A stretch of DNA of 64,000 nucleotides, taken from assembly GCA_963805975.1 (NCBI GenBank), contig CAWDVR010000002.1:352001-416000 (forward strand). The letters run 5' to 3'. This document shows positions 48,482 through 58,342 of this stretch, piece by piece. Under the pieces are notes generated by a model that was not told the DNA's origin, ran no database searches, and saw only the letters and a program-made list of their open reading frames with translations. The translations under genes were made by a program, and so were the position numbers. This stretch comes from an uncultured Acidobacteriota bacterium (lineage in GTDB: Bacteria; Acidobacteriota; Thermoanaerobaculia; Multivoradales; SZUA-115). Position 1 is the first letter of the stretch. Each line of letters starts with the position of its first letter.

Positions 48482-50034
48482 GCCCTGGCCTCGCCCAGGG
48501 CGCGCAAGCGCTCGGGCCCCTTTGCGGCCTCGGCCGCGGGCACCGGCAATGCCACGGAGAACACGCTGCCCCCTCCCGGACGGTCCGTCACCCAGATCGC
48601 TCCGTCGTGGGCTTCGACGAGCTCGCGGCAGATCGCGAGCCCCAGTCCCACCCCGCCGCCGTTGGTCCGCGGATTGTGCCCCACCTGGTGGAACTTGCGG
48701 AAGATGGCTTCCTTCTGCTCGTCGGGGACGCCCGGCCCGCGATCGGCCACCGACAGCCACGCGAAACGCCTGCCGCCTCCCCCGAGCTTCTCGGCCACCC
48801 GCCGCGGCGGGCGGGGGGGCAGCGGCCCGGCGGGCCGCACCCCGACCTCGATGGCCGATCCCTTGGGCGAGAACTTGAGCGCGTTGTCGACCAGGTTCTC
48901 GAGCACCTGGATCAGCCGGTCCCGGTCGGCCGGGGCGACTACCGGAGGCGGCTCCGAGGGCAGCTCGAGGACCAGGCCGATCTTGCGCTCGGCGGCCCGG
49001 GCCTCGTACTCGGAGACGGCGAAGCGGGCGATCTCCGAGAGATCCTCCGGCTTGAACTCGTAGCTCATGGCCCCGGCCTCGAGGCTCGACAGATCGAGCA
49101 GGTTCGAGAGCATGGCCGACAGGCGCCGGCCGCTCTCGATGTTGAGCTCGAGGAGGCGCTGCTGCTTGTCGTTGAGCGGCCCGGCGAGCTCGTCGACCAG
49201 GAGCTGGTTGGTCTCCTGCATGGCGACCAGGGGGTTCTTGAGCTCGTGGGAGACGTGGGCGACGAAGTCCTTCTTCATCTGGTCGAGCTCGGAGAGGCGC
49301 CGGACCATGGCGTTGAAGGAGGCGGCGAGGCGCGAGAACTCCTCGTCCTTGCCGAGGTCGAGCCGGTAGTCGAACTGCCCGCCAGCCACCGCACGCGTGC
49401 CCTCCACCAGCCGCCGCAGCGGCACGTTGATCGAGCGCACGGTCCAGGTGACGATCAGCGCGCAGAGCGCCAGGGCGACGAGGAGCGCCCTACCGGACAG
49501 CTTCTCCACGTCCTCTTTCGAGATCGACGATTTCTGCACCTGGGTCTCGGCCTCGATCTGGGCCGCGTCGAGCATGACCGAGGCCTTGGCACGCACCTCC
49601 GCGAGCTTGTCGAACACCGGGGACCAGGTCCTGAGGTCCCATGCCCCGCCGCTCGATGCCTGGCTCTCGACGGCGTCGAAGGTCCGGCCGAGCTCGGCCG
49701 CGAGCTCGGAGAGGAGCGCCACCTGCTGGCGGTGCTCCTGCGTGGTGCCCAGGCCGGCGAGCTTCGCCAGGCCCTGCTCCAAGCTGGCCTGCTGCTCGCG
49801 GACGCTTCGCGCATAGTTCGGGTCCTGCACGACGAGCAGGCGCCGGGTCCGGTCCCTCAGCGTGTCGAGAGTGGCGAGCTGGGCGGCGAGCTCGGACGCC
49901 ACCGGGACCTTGTTCGAGAGATCACGGTTGAGCGGCTCGTTCTGCCGGCCGAGGTTGACGTAATAGGCCAGCACGCCGGCGAAGAGCAGCACCACCAGGC
50001 CCAGGCCGGTCGAGATCTTGGTGGCGACGCGCAT
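48478..50034 (-). CDS. HAMP sensor histidine kinase (QseE/GlrK-like)
   Basis: 2 TM, HAMP, HVSHELKNP, NALKF, DRGPG, GVGLGL. Confidence 0.92.
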   Translation of the reverse strand: MRVATKISTGLGLVVLLFAGVLAYYVNLGRQNEPLNRDLSNKVPVASELAAQLATLDTLRDRTRRLLVVQDPNYARSVREQQASLEQGLAKLAGLGTTQEHRQQVALLSELAAELGRTFDAVESQASSGGAWDLRTWSPVFDKLAEVRAKASVMLDAAQIEAETQVQKSSISKEDVEKLSGRALLVALALCALIVTWTVRSINVPLRRLVEGTRAVAGGQFDYRLDLGKDEEFSRLAASFNAMVRRLSELDQMKKDFVAHVSHELKNPLVAMQETNQLLVDELAGPLNDKQQRLLELNIESGRRLSAMLSNLLDLSSLEAGAMSYEFKPEDLSEIARFAVSEYEARAAERKIGLVLELPSEPPPVVAPADRDRLIQVLENLVDNALKFSPKGSAIEVGVRPAGPLPPRPPRRVAEKLGGGGRRFAWLSVADRGPGVPDEQKEAIFRKFHQVGHNPRTNGGGVGLGLAICRELVEAHDGAIWVTDRPGGGSVFSVALPVPAAEAAKGPERLRALGEARA

Positions 50035-50046
50035 CGCCCCGCCACT

Positions 50047-51411
<1,365 letters not shown>

Positions 51412-51478
51412 GCCGAGATGGCCCACCAGGGGCACCGTCCACCGACGCACCCTCTCCCCAAGCTTAACTTGCATGGGC

Positions 51479-52567
51479 TCAGTGGACCGAGAGCGTGGCC
51501 GGCCAGGGGAACCTGGGCCCGACCTCGCCCTCGTCCCCACCCCCGCTCGGGGCCGGCGCCAGGTCGAAGGTGCCACCCCGGCCGCCGGCCAGGTGCCGCG
51601 CCAACCGCTGCTCCAGCTCCCAGCGCGGCAGGCGCTGGAAGAGGAGCACGGGCGCCTCGCCCGCCGGGGAGCCGGCGAGCTCCTCGCAGAGCACGCGCGC
51701 GCCCGCGGGCCCGGCGAAGATCAACCGCTGCTCCGCCCCGGGCTCGCCGCTCGCCGTCAGCTCCTGGCGCTCGATCTCGAGCACGTGGTCCGACCACACG
51801 AGATCGAGCCAGCGGGCGAGCGGCGGCGCCAGGAAGTAGGCCGCGCCACGCGGCTCGAGAAGCTCGGCCGCGACCATCGCCGTGAGCAGTGAGCGGCTCT
51901 CGTCGCAGCCATCTGCAAGGCCGCCCAGGAGGTTGATCAACCGTTCCTCGGTGAGCGGCTCACCGACGGCGCGGCCCTGCTTCTTCCACAGCGCGGTCAG
52001 CAGCTCGAAGACCTCGGGCAGGAGCGCCAGGGCCTCGAGCTGCGGCGCGATGTGCGAGGCGTCGAGCTGGTCGGCCAGCGCGCTCCGCAGCGCCGGGAGA
52101 CGGAGCGGCTCGGAGAGACGGAAGCCCTCGGGGTCGCTCTCGCCGGCGACCGCGAGCCGGCCGCGCAGGAAGAGCTGAAGAACCTTGGGCGGACGATAAG
52201 GCTCGGCGATCGCGATGCGCAGCCGCGCCTCAGGGCGCTCGAGCACCGCCAGGGCCTGACCGAGCGGCGACAGGCGCAGGCGCTGGGCCACCAGGCGCGC
52301 GCCGGAGCGGAAAGGATCGCTCGCCAAGAGGCGAGCGCCGGCCCGCTGCCGCTCGGCGGCCGAGCACCAGGGCTCGGGGCCGGAGAAGGGGGCGAGCGGC
52401 GAGCTCTCGCCAGGCCGGAAGTAGCCGCCATCGGCGAGCCAGGCGAGGCTGGCGGTGGAAAGCAGGCGGGTGCGTAGCCTCAGGAGGTCGACGGCGGCGG
52501 GGCGGGACTCGGGAGCGGAGAGAACCTTTGCCGATTCGTGCAGGGAGCCCAGACCATGTTCGGTCAC
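51479..52567 (-). CDS. Hypothetical protein at the head of the two-component operon
   Basis: AGGAG RBS before GTG 52567; 362 aa; no recognisable motif. Confidence 0.6.
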   Translation of the reverse strand: MTEHGLGSLHESAKVLSAPESRPAAVDLLRLRTRLLSTASLAWLADGGYFRPGESSPLAPFSGPEPWCSAAERQRAGARLLASDPFRSGARLVAQRLRLSPLGQALAVLERPEARLRIAIAEPYRPPKVLQLFLRGRLAVAGESDPEGFRLSEPLRLPALRSALADQLDASHIAPQLEALALLPEVFELLTALWKKQGRAVGEPLTEERLINLLGGLADGCDESRSLLTAMVAAELLEPRGAAYFLAPPLARWLDLVWSDHVLEIERQELTASGEPGAEQRLIFAGPAGARVLCEELAGSPAGEAPVLLFQRLPRWELEQRLARHLAGGRGGTFDLAPAPSGGGDEGEVGPRFPWPATLSVH

Positions 52568-52639
52568 AGATGTGTCTCCTCGGGTGAAAGCCTCGGTTGT
52601 GTCGGCAAGGCGGAGAAGGCTCCGCCCGCCCTATCGAGC

Positions 52640-52655
52640 AGCAACCTCCATACCA
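52640..52655 (-). promoter_or_regulatory. Sigma54 -24/-12 promoter
   Basis: - strand TGGTAT-GGAGG-TTGCT, exact GG-N10-GC spacing, about 70 bp upstream of the 52567 start. Confidence 0.7.
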
Positions 52656-52742
52656 CTCCCGGCCTGCGCCCATATCCTCAATCCCATCTTCGCTTTAGGT
52701 CCAACGAACTGACTACCGACCGAAACGACGACACTGGCATTC

Positions 52743-52757
52743 CGGGAAAAAATTCCC
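52743..52757. promoter_or_regulatory. Palindromic candidate upstream activator site
   Basis: CGGGAAAAATTCCCG about 90 bp upstream of the -24 box. Confidence 0.45.
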
Positions 52758-52914
52758 GACACCCCAGCATCCGGTGCGATTCGAGGATATGGAACGGGGG
52801 AGGCCAACGCCGCTCCGGCGACGTGACAAGAGCACTTTCCGTTGTTCTTCGGAGCAGCGGCCCAAAGCCGCCAGGCAATCGGGGAGCAAACTCTGTCGAT
52901 GGTCAGACGCTGGA

Positions 52915-53175
52915 TCACGCCAGCGGCGCGATCTTGCCCGGCGCCTGCTGGTTCCTGGCCTTCTGCCAGCAAGCTCGGAGCTCGGTCTGGTGGAGTGCGG
53001 CCCACTCCATGACGAGACCCAGCGCCCGCGCGGGGAGGCTGCCTGCGATGAGTGCCAGGCTGTCGATCTCGATCACTACCCGGTCGGCGCCGTACTCGGC
53101 GTGAAAATGCGGTGGGTTGTGGTCATCGAAATACATTCTGATGACGATGCCGAAGAAGCGGCTGAGCTCAGGCAA
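52915..53175 (-). CDS. DUF4160 protein (putative toxin)
   Basis: (M)PELSRFFGIVIRMYFDDHNPPHFHAEYG..EWAALHQ..W; TTG start with GGAGG RBS. Confidence 0.85.
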   Translation of the reverse strand: MPELSRFFGIVIRMYFDDHNPPHFHAEYGADRVVIEIDSLALIAGSLPARALGLVMEWAALHQTELRACWQKARNQQAPGKIAPLA

Positions 53176-53452
53176 GCACCTGCCTCCGTGCAAGAGCAGG
53201 GAACAACTGTTCCGGGCTCTCCCCGGTGAGCCTCAGGTACACGCTGTCCGGGCAGAGCTCCACCTCGTCGGACCACGCGATGGCTCCGCCGGGTCCGAGA
53301 TGCACTTTCCGAAACGCGCTCTCGTCGTTCCACAACGAGAACACCCCACGGCCTGCGAGGTCGGAAAGATCCACCTCGCCTTGCGTTCCGTCAGAGTAGC
53401 GGAGCCAGATCTTGTAGCCGGCGAGCGCCTTGACTTCGAGCGGCGTGAGCAT
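53168..53452 (-). CDS. DUF2442 protein (putative antitoxin)
   Basis: VKALAGYKIWLRYSDG..GEVDL..F..V..GAIAW..ELCPDSVY. Confidence 0.85.
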   Translation of the reverse strand: MLTPLEVKALAGYKIWLRYSDGTQGEVDLSDLAGRGVFSLWNDESAFRKVHLGPGGAIAWSDEVELCPDSVYLRLTGESPEQLFPALARRQVLA

Positions 53453-53475
53453 CGACGTTCGTTCCTCGCGACCTG

Positions 53476-53515
53476 GCACCGCGGGACCGGGCTTACCTCC
53501 CGGGTCCCGCGGTGC
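53476..53515 (-). terminator. 13-bp stem-loop after the TonB-dependent receptor
   Basis: GCACCGCGGGACC / GGTCCCGCGGTGC. Confidence 0.55.
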
Positions 53516-53541
53516 TCTCAGTCATCCTACTATCGCGCCTC

Positions 53542-56500
53542 CTACCAGGTCACACGCAGACCGAGCTGGAACTGGCGCGGGTCGCCGGCGCCGCTCCTCA
53601 CCGTGCCGTCGAAGTTGTTGGCGAGGTTGGTCACCTGCGGGCGGACGAAGTTGTCCGAGTCGAGCAGGTTGAAGACCTCGAAGCTCGGCTGGAGGGTGAG
53701 GTTGCCGACCGCGAAGTCCTTCGACAGCCGGAGGTCGAGGGAGCTGTACTTGTTGTCCTTGCGGCCCAGGTTGCGGCGTGTCACCGAGCCATCCGGGTTG
53801 ATGCGGTCGGCCGGAGTGGCGGCGTCCGTGCCGTCGGCCTTGATCGACTTCGGCTGCGCCGAGCGGTAGGAGTAGCGCGTGTTCAGGTCCAGCTCCCAGG
53901 GCAGGCGGAAGAGGGCCCAGGCGTTGATGCGATGGCGCTGGTCGCGGTCCGAGTAGCTGAACTCGCGGTCGAGCTGAGTGATGTCGGCGTAGCGGAAGGT
54001 GAAGGGGTCGCGCTCGTTGTCGTCGTCCGACTCGTCCTTCGACCAGGTGTAGTAGACCTGGTACTCGTAATTCTTGGCCCAGCGCTTGTTGATCCCCAGC
54101 GTCACGCCCTGGTAGCGGCTCTTGGCCGTGGACTCGACGGTGGTGAGCGTGGTGATGCCGTTGCCTCCTCCGGGCGGCAGCCCCGCCGACCAGGGCGAGC
54201 CCAGGCGCGGGTCATTGCGGTTGACGAAGCGGGTGATGTGGTCGGTCTTGGCGTAGTTGAGCTTCAGCAGCACCGCGTGGTCGACGATCACCTCGCGCTC
54301 GTACGACAGGCTGTAGGAGTAGGTGCGCGGGGTCCGCCAGTCCTCGTCGTAGACGAAGACGTCGGGAAAGAAGACCGGCAGTCCCTGGGTGTTGATCAGC
54401 GTACGGTAGTCGGGCGGCGGCGGCAGGATGCCGATCGAGCCCAGGAAGCTGTTGCGGAAAAGGGTCTGGGCGAGGGTGCCGTTGGTCGAGCGCGTGGAGG
54501 CGAGGTTCAAGGCCGGCAGCCGGGCGTGGAAGATGCCGGCCGTGCCGCGCACCACAGACTTCTCCTCCGGTACCCAGGAGATGCCCAGCCGCGGCTGCCA
54601 CATCTCGTAGTCGTCCGGGATGTCGCCGTCGGATGGGAAGGTCTGGGGTCCGGCGGCGGTGGTCACCGTCTGGCCGATGAACGGTGCGAAGAACACTTCG
54701 CTGGGCGGTGTGCGCACGTCCGGGTTGTCGAGCGCCTCCCAGCGCAGGCCGTACTGCACGGTCAGGTTGGCGGTGGGCCGCCACTCGTCCTGCAGGAAGA
54801 TCGCCGGCTCCCGCTGCTTGATGGTCTGGGTGCCGGCCTCCTCGGCCGTGGTGTTGCCCGCGCCCGCCTGCTGCAGGTAGAGCAGCACCGGCCCCACCAC
54901 CGAGGTGCCGCCAGGGCAGAGGCCGGTCTGCGAGCCGATGATCGGCGCTCCGGGGCCGGCCTGGCACTCCACGTAATTGGGGTTGTTGTAAAAGTTGATG
55001 AAGCCGTCGACGCTCGAGAAGATGAACCGCCCGTTGGCGAAGCCGACGAAGGTCTGGGACGAGGCGACCTCGTTGTACTCCACGCCCGCCTTGAACGAGT
55101 GATCGCCGCGCAGCCACGACAGGTTGTCGGTGAGCTGGATGCGGTCGTCGTCGTACTGCACGGGCAGAAAGAACGGCATGCCGAAGCGGTTGCCGTTGGA
55201 GTTGATGGCGGTGTCGGGGAAGGCACGGTCCTGGCCCGGGATGTCGGGGCCGTCGTAGGGGCGCGGGCGCCACTCCTTGGCGTACTGGGCGCGGAGCTCG
55301 TTCAGCAGGTTGGGAGAGAGGGTGCTGATCCAGGTCGCGGTGCCGGCGCTCGAGTAGTCGCGCTCGATGCCGTTGGCGGAGGCGCCCCACGGGTCGACGT
55401 CGAAGGTGCCGTTCTCCTGCTCGGAGTTGGTGTACGAGTAGCGCAGCGTCAGCACGTTCTTGTCCGAAGCGTGCCAGTCGAGCTTGACCAGGGCGACCTC
55501 GGCGTCGTCGCTCCTGGTGATCGGCGCGTTGTCGTTCGGGATGCCGATCGAGTCGAGGAAGGCCACGAGCTGCGGGTCCATGCGGCCCGGGTCGGTCTGC
55601 TTGGTGCGCTCGCCGCGCTGCAGATCGGCGGCGAGGAAGTAGAAGAGCCGGTCCTGCCGCAGGGGGCCGCCCAGGGTGAACCCGGCCTGGGTCTGGTCGA
55701 AGTTCCCTTCCTCGGCCGAGCTGCCGTCCGGGTTCTTGGGCGTGCCGGAGAGGCTGTCGTCCTTGTAGAAGGCGTGCGCGCTGCCGTGCATCTCGTTGGT
55801 GCCGGACTTGGTGACCACGTTGACGAAGCCGCCGGCCGAGCGGCCGAACTCGGCCGGTGCGCCGTCGGCCACCACCACCACCTCCTGAACCGCGTCGAGG
55901 TTGAAGGTGAAGGGCGGGCGCTGGCCGCCGCGCTGCTCGCCGAAGAACGGGTTGTTGAAGTCCGCGCCGTCGACCGAGATGTTGTTGGCGATGCCCTTCT
56001 GGCCGTTGATCGACAGCTCGTCGCCGTCCGGGCCCTGGACGATGGTGACGCCCGGCGTGAGCTTGGTGTAGTCGAGGAAGTTGCGGCCGTTGTTGGGCAA
56101 CCCTTCGATGGCGGCCTGGTCGATGCGCGTCGCGCCCTCGGTGCGGCTGGCCTCGATGAGCGGCGCCTCCTCCGTCACCGTGATCTCCTGGGCGATCGCC
56201 GACACCGACATGCCGAGGGTGAGCGACACCGTCTGGCCGAGGGCGAGCTCGATCCCCTCGCGCACCAGGGTCGAGAAACCCTCGAGGCTCGCCGTCACGC
56301 GGTAGGGGCCCAGCGGCAGCAGGGCGCCGCGGAAGCGGCCCCGGCTGTCGGTGGTCAGCGTTTGCTCGAAGTTGGTGGCCGTGTTGCGGATCACCACCGT
56401 CACTCCCGGCAGCACCCCACCGGTCTCGTCCACCGCCGTGCCCTCGATGACGCCGGTGGTGGCCTGGGACTGGGCGTCGAGGGCGGCGGGGGCCGCGAGG

Positions 56501-56580
56501 AAGAAGGCAAGGCAGAGAAACGGCAGTGCGAGACTCAAGCCCGACATCGTGGCGCCTGACATCCTGGGATGTCGCAGCAT
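53542..56580 (-). CDS. TonB-dependent receptor (Oar-like, N-terminal carboxypeptidase-regulatory-like domain)
   Basis: Signal, GVLPGVTV, LPNNGRNF, AEFGRSAGGFVNVVTKSGTN, C-terminal RQFQLGLRVTW; start may be 56547. Confidence 0.92.
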   Translation of the reverse strand: MLRHPRMSGATMSGLSLALPFLCLAFFLAAPAALDAQSQATTGVIEGTAVDETGGVLPGVTVVIRNTATNFEQTLTTDSRGRFRGALLPLGPYRVTASLEGFSTLVREGIELALGQTVSLTLGMSVSAIAQEITVTEEAPLIEASRTEGATRIDQAAIEGLPNNGRNFLDYTKLTPGVTIVQGPDGDELSINGQKGIANNISVDGADFNNPFFGEQRGGQRPPFTFNLDAVQEVVVVADGAPAEFGRSAGGFVNVVTKSGTNEMHGSAHAFYKDDSLSGTPKNPDGSSAEEGNFDQTQAGFTLGGPLRQDRLFYFLAADLQRGERTKQTDPGRMDPQLVAFLDSIGIPNDNAPITRSDDAEVALVKLDWHASDKNVLTLRYSYTNSEQENGTFDVDPWGASANGIERDYSSAGTATWISTLSPNLLNELRAQYAKEWRPRPYDGPDIPGQDRAFPDTAINSNGNRFGMPFFLPVQYDDDRIQLTDNLSWLRGDHSFKAGVEYNEVASSQTFVGFANGRFIFSSVDGFINFYNNPNYVECQAGPGAPIIGSQTGLCPGGTSVVGPVLLYLQQAGAGNTTAEEAGTQTIKQREPAIFLQDEWRPTANLTVQYGLRWEALDNPDVRTPPSEVFFAPFIGQTVTTAAGPQTFPSDGDIPDDYEMWQPRLGISWVPEEKSVVRGTAGIFHARLPALNLASTRSTNGTLAQTLFRNSFLGSIGILPPPPDYRTLINTQGLPVFFPDVFVYDEDWRTPRTYSYSLSYEREVIVDHAVLLKLNYAKTDHITRFVNRNDPRLGSPWSAGLPPGGGNGITTLTTVESTAKSRYQGVTLGINKRWAKNYEYQVYYTWSKDESDDDNERDPFTFRYADITQLDREFSYSDRDQRHRINAWALFRLPWELDLNTRYSYRSAQPKSIKADGTDAATPADRINPDGSVTRRNLGRKDNKYSSLDLRLSKDFAVGNLTLQPSFEVFNLLDSDNFVRPQVTNLANNFDGTVRSGAGDPRQFQLGLRVTW

Positions 56581-56765
56581 CTTCGATCTCCTTCATCGCC
56601 CCGGCTCGAGGCGGTATGTGGCAGTGAATGCGCTGTTGGGATCTTACAGAGGCGGGGCCGTCTCAGCTAGAGCCTGGGACCGGAGAGGCGTCACGGCATC
56701 GGCAGCCTCCCGTAGTACCCTATTCCGGCTTGCTCGCATCCAATCTTGCACGCAGGATCTGAACC

Positions 56766-57302
56766 TTGGAGATCCAGACCCCGTATCCGGACGAGGAGCT
56801 GGCGAGGCTGCGCTCCGCCCTGGCCCGGGCGGTGGTCCGGGTCTGCCCCCGCTGGCTGGCCGACCAGGCGGACGACCTGGTGCAGGTTGCCATGCTGCGC
56901 CTGCTGGAAATCCGGCGCCGCGCTGAGGGAAAGGTCGAGTTCAAGTCGTTCTATTTGCGCAAGGTGGCCTACTCGGCCCTGATCGACGAGATCCGGCGGC
57001 GCCGGCGGCGGCACGAGGTGGCGCTGCCGGAGGGTGAGTGGACGATCGAGCCGCAGACCACGGCCGCGAGCTCGAATCCCGAGCGCAACCGCGCGGCGAG
57101 CGAGATCGGCCGCGCCATCCGCGACTGCCTGGGCCGGCTGATCCGGCCGCGGCGGTTGGCCGCCACATTGCACTTGCAAGGGCACAGCGTGCCCGAGGTG
57201 AGCCAGCTCATGGGCTGGACCGTGAAAAAGGCCGAGAACCTGGTCTATCGCGGTCTGGCGGACTTGCGCGAGTGCCTGGTGGAAAACGGGGTGACACCAT
57301 GA
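56766..57302 (+). CDS. ECF sigma factor
   Basis: ADDLVQ, AYSALIDEIRR, region 4 SVPEVSQLMGW..ENLVYRGLADLR. Confidence 0.88.
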   Translation: MEIQTPYPDEELARLRSALARAVVRVCPRWLADQADDLVQVAMLRLLEIRRRAEGKVEFKSFYLRKVAYSALIDEIRRRRRRHEVALPEGEWTIEPQTTAASSNPERNRAASEIGRAIRDCLGRLIRPRRLAATLHLQGHSVPEVSQLMGWTVKKAENLVYRGLADLRECLVENGVTP

Positions 57303-57961
57303 AGAGCGATACCGGCGACCTTGCTGCTCTGCGGGCGGGCTTTCAGGCCGTAGGCGAGCCGGCCGCGAACAACGAGAGCTGCCCGCAGGCGGAGGCGATC
57401 CTGCAGGCGGTCGAGGGCGAACTCTCGCCTACCGAGCTCCGCACCGTGGTCGAGCACACCGCGAGCTGCGCCGCCTGCGCCGAGGACTGGCGGATCGCCG
57501 CCGCCTACGTTCGCGAGCTGGGTGCGCAAACAGCAGCTCCACGGGCGGCGACCTCGGGCTGGCGGCGCTGGGCCCTGCCTGCCGCGGCGGCCGTGGCGCT
57601 GGTCGCGGTCGGTCTCGCCTGGTTCGACGGCCCCCACCCGGCCGATCGCGACCCGGTCTATCGCGACCAGCGCCCCGCCGTCCTCCGCTCCCTGGTGGCG
57701 GAAGGTACGACCCTGCCCGCCGACGCCTTCGTCCTGCGCTGGGAAGCGGTGCCGGGCGCCACCGCCTACGAGGTGCAGATCCTGACCGAGGCGCTCGACC
57801 CGGTGACCTCGGCGAAGGAGCTGGCGGCTCCCGAGCTCCGGATCCCCGCCTCCTCCCTGGCCGCACTGCCCTCCGGCAGCCTGCTCTACTGGCAGGTCAC
57901 CGCCCGGCAGGGCGACGGCAGCCGCCTCGTCTCTCCCACCTTCGCGGTCCGTTTGCGCTAG
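57299..57961 (+). CDS. zf-HC2 anti-sigma factor with TM and FN3/Ig-like C-terminus
   Basis: ATGA overlap; EHTASCAAC; TM; LRWEAVPGATAYEV..YWQVTA. Confidence 0.85.
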   Translation: MKSDTGDLAALRAGFQAVGEPAANNESCPQAEAILQAVEGELSPTELRTVVEHTASCAACAEDWRIAAAYVRELGAQTAAPRAATSGWRRWALPAAAAVALVAVGLAWFDGPHPADRDPVYRDQRPAVLRSLVAEGTTLPADAFVLRWEAVPGATAYEVQILTEALDPVTSAKELAAPELRIPASSLAALPSGSLLYWQVTARQGDGSRLVSPTFAVRLR

Positions 57962-58073
57962 CTAGCCGGTTTTCCCACCGGTTGCGCTTAACCCTCCGAC
58001 AGACTGGCCGTGGCGGGGCTTCTCCCGCCGGCCGAGCAAGCGGCTTCGGTCATCCGAAGCGGGAGGCGATCTC

Positions 58074-58253
58074 ATGATCTCTCGACGTTCTACAGCCAAG
58101 CGCAAGCCCAGCTCCACCCTTCGCAAGCCAGCGCGCAACCGGACCGCAAAGCTCGGGGTCAAGCCCGCGAAGCACGGGCGGAAGCTCTCGAGCGGCATGC
58201 GCCTCAAGAGCAACACGCCCGAGGTGACGAACCCCGATCCGCCGCGTCCCTAG
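58074..58253 (+). CDS. 59-aa K/R-rich small protein (below the ORF-track cutoff)
   Basis: GGGAGG RBS 7 nt before ATG; MISRRSTAKRKPSSTLRKPARNRTAKLGVKPAKHGRKLSSGMRLKSNTPEVTNPDPPRP. Confidence 0.5.
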   Translation: MISRRSTAKRKPSSTLRKPARNRTAKLGVKPAKHGRKLSSGMRLKSNTPEVTNPDPPRP

Positions 58254-58342
58254 CCAGATGACTCGGGGGGTCGCTCGCAGCCGGGCGGCAGCGGCAGCGC
58301 CGCCCGGCGACGAGCGCGGGCTTATGATCCGGTCACGGTCTC

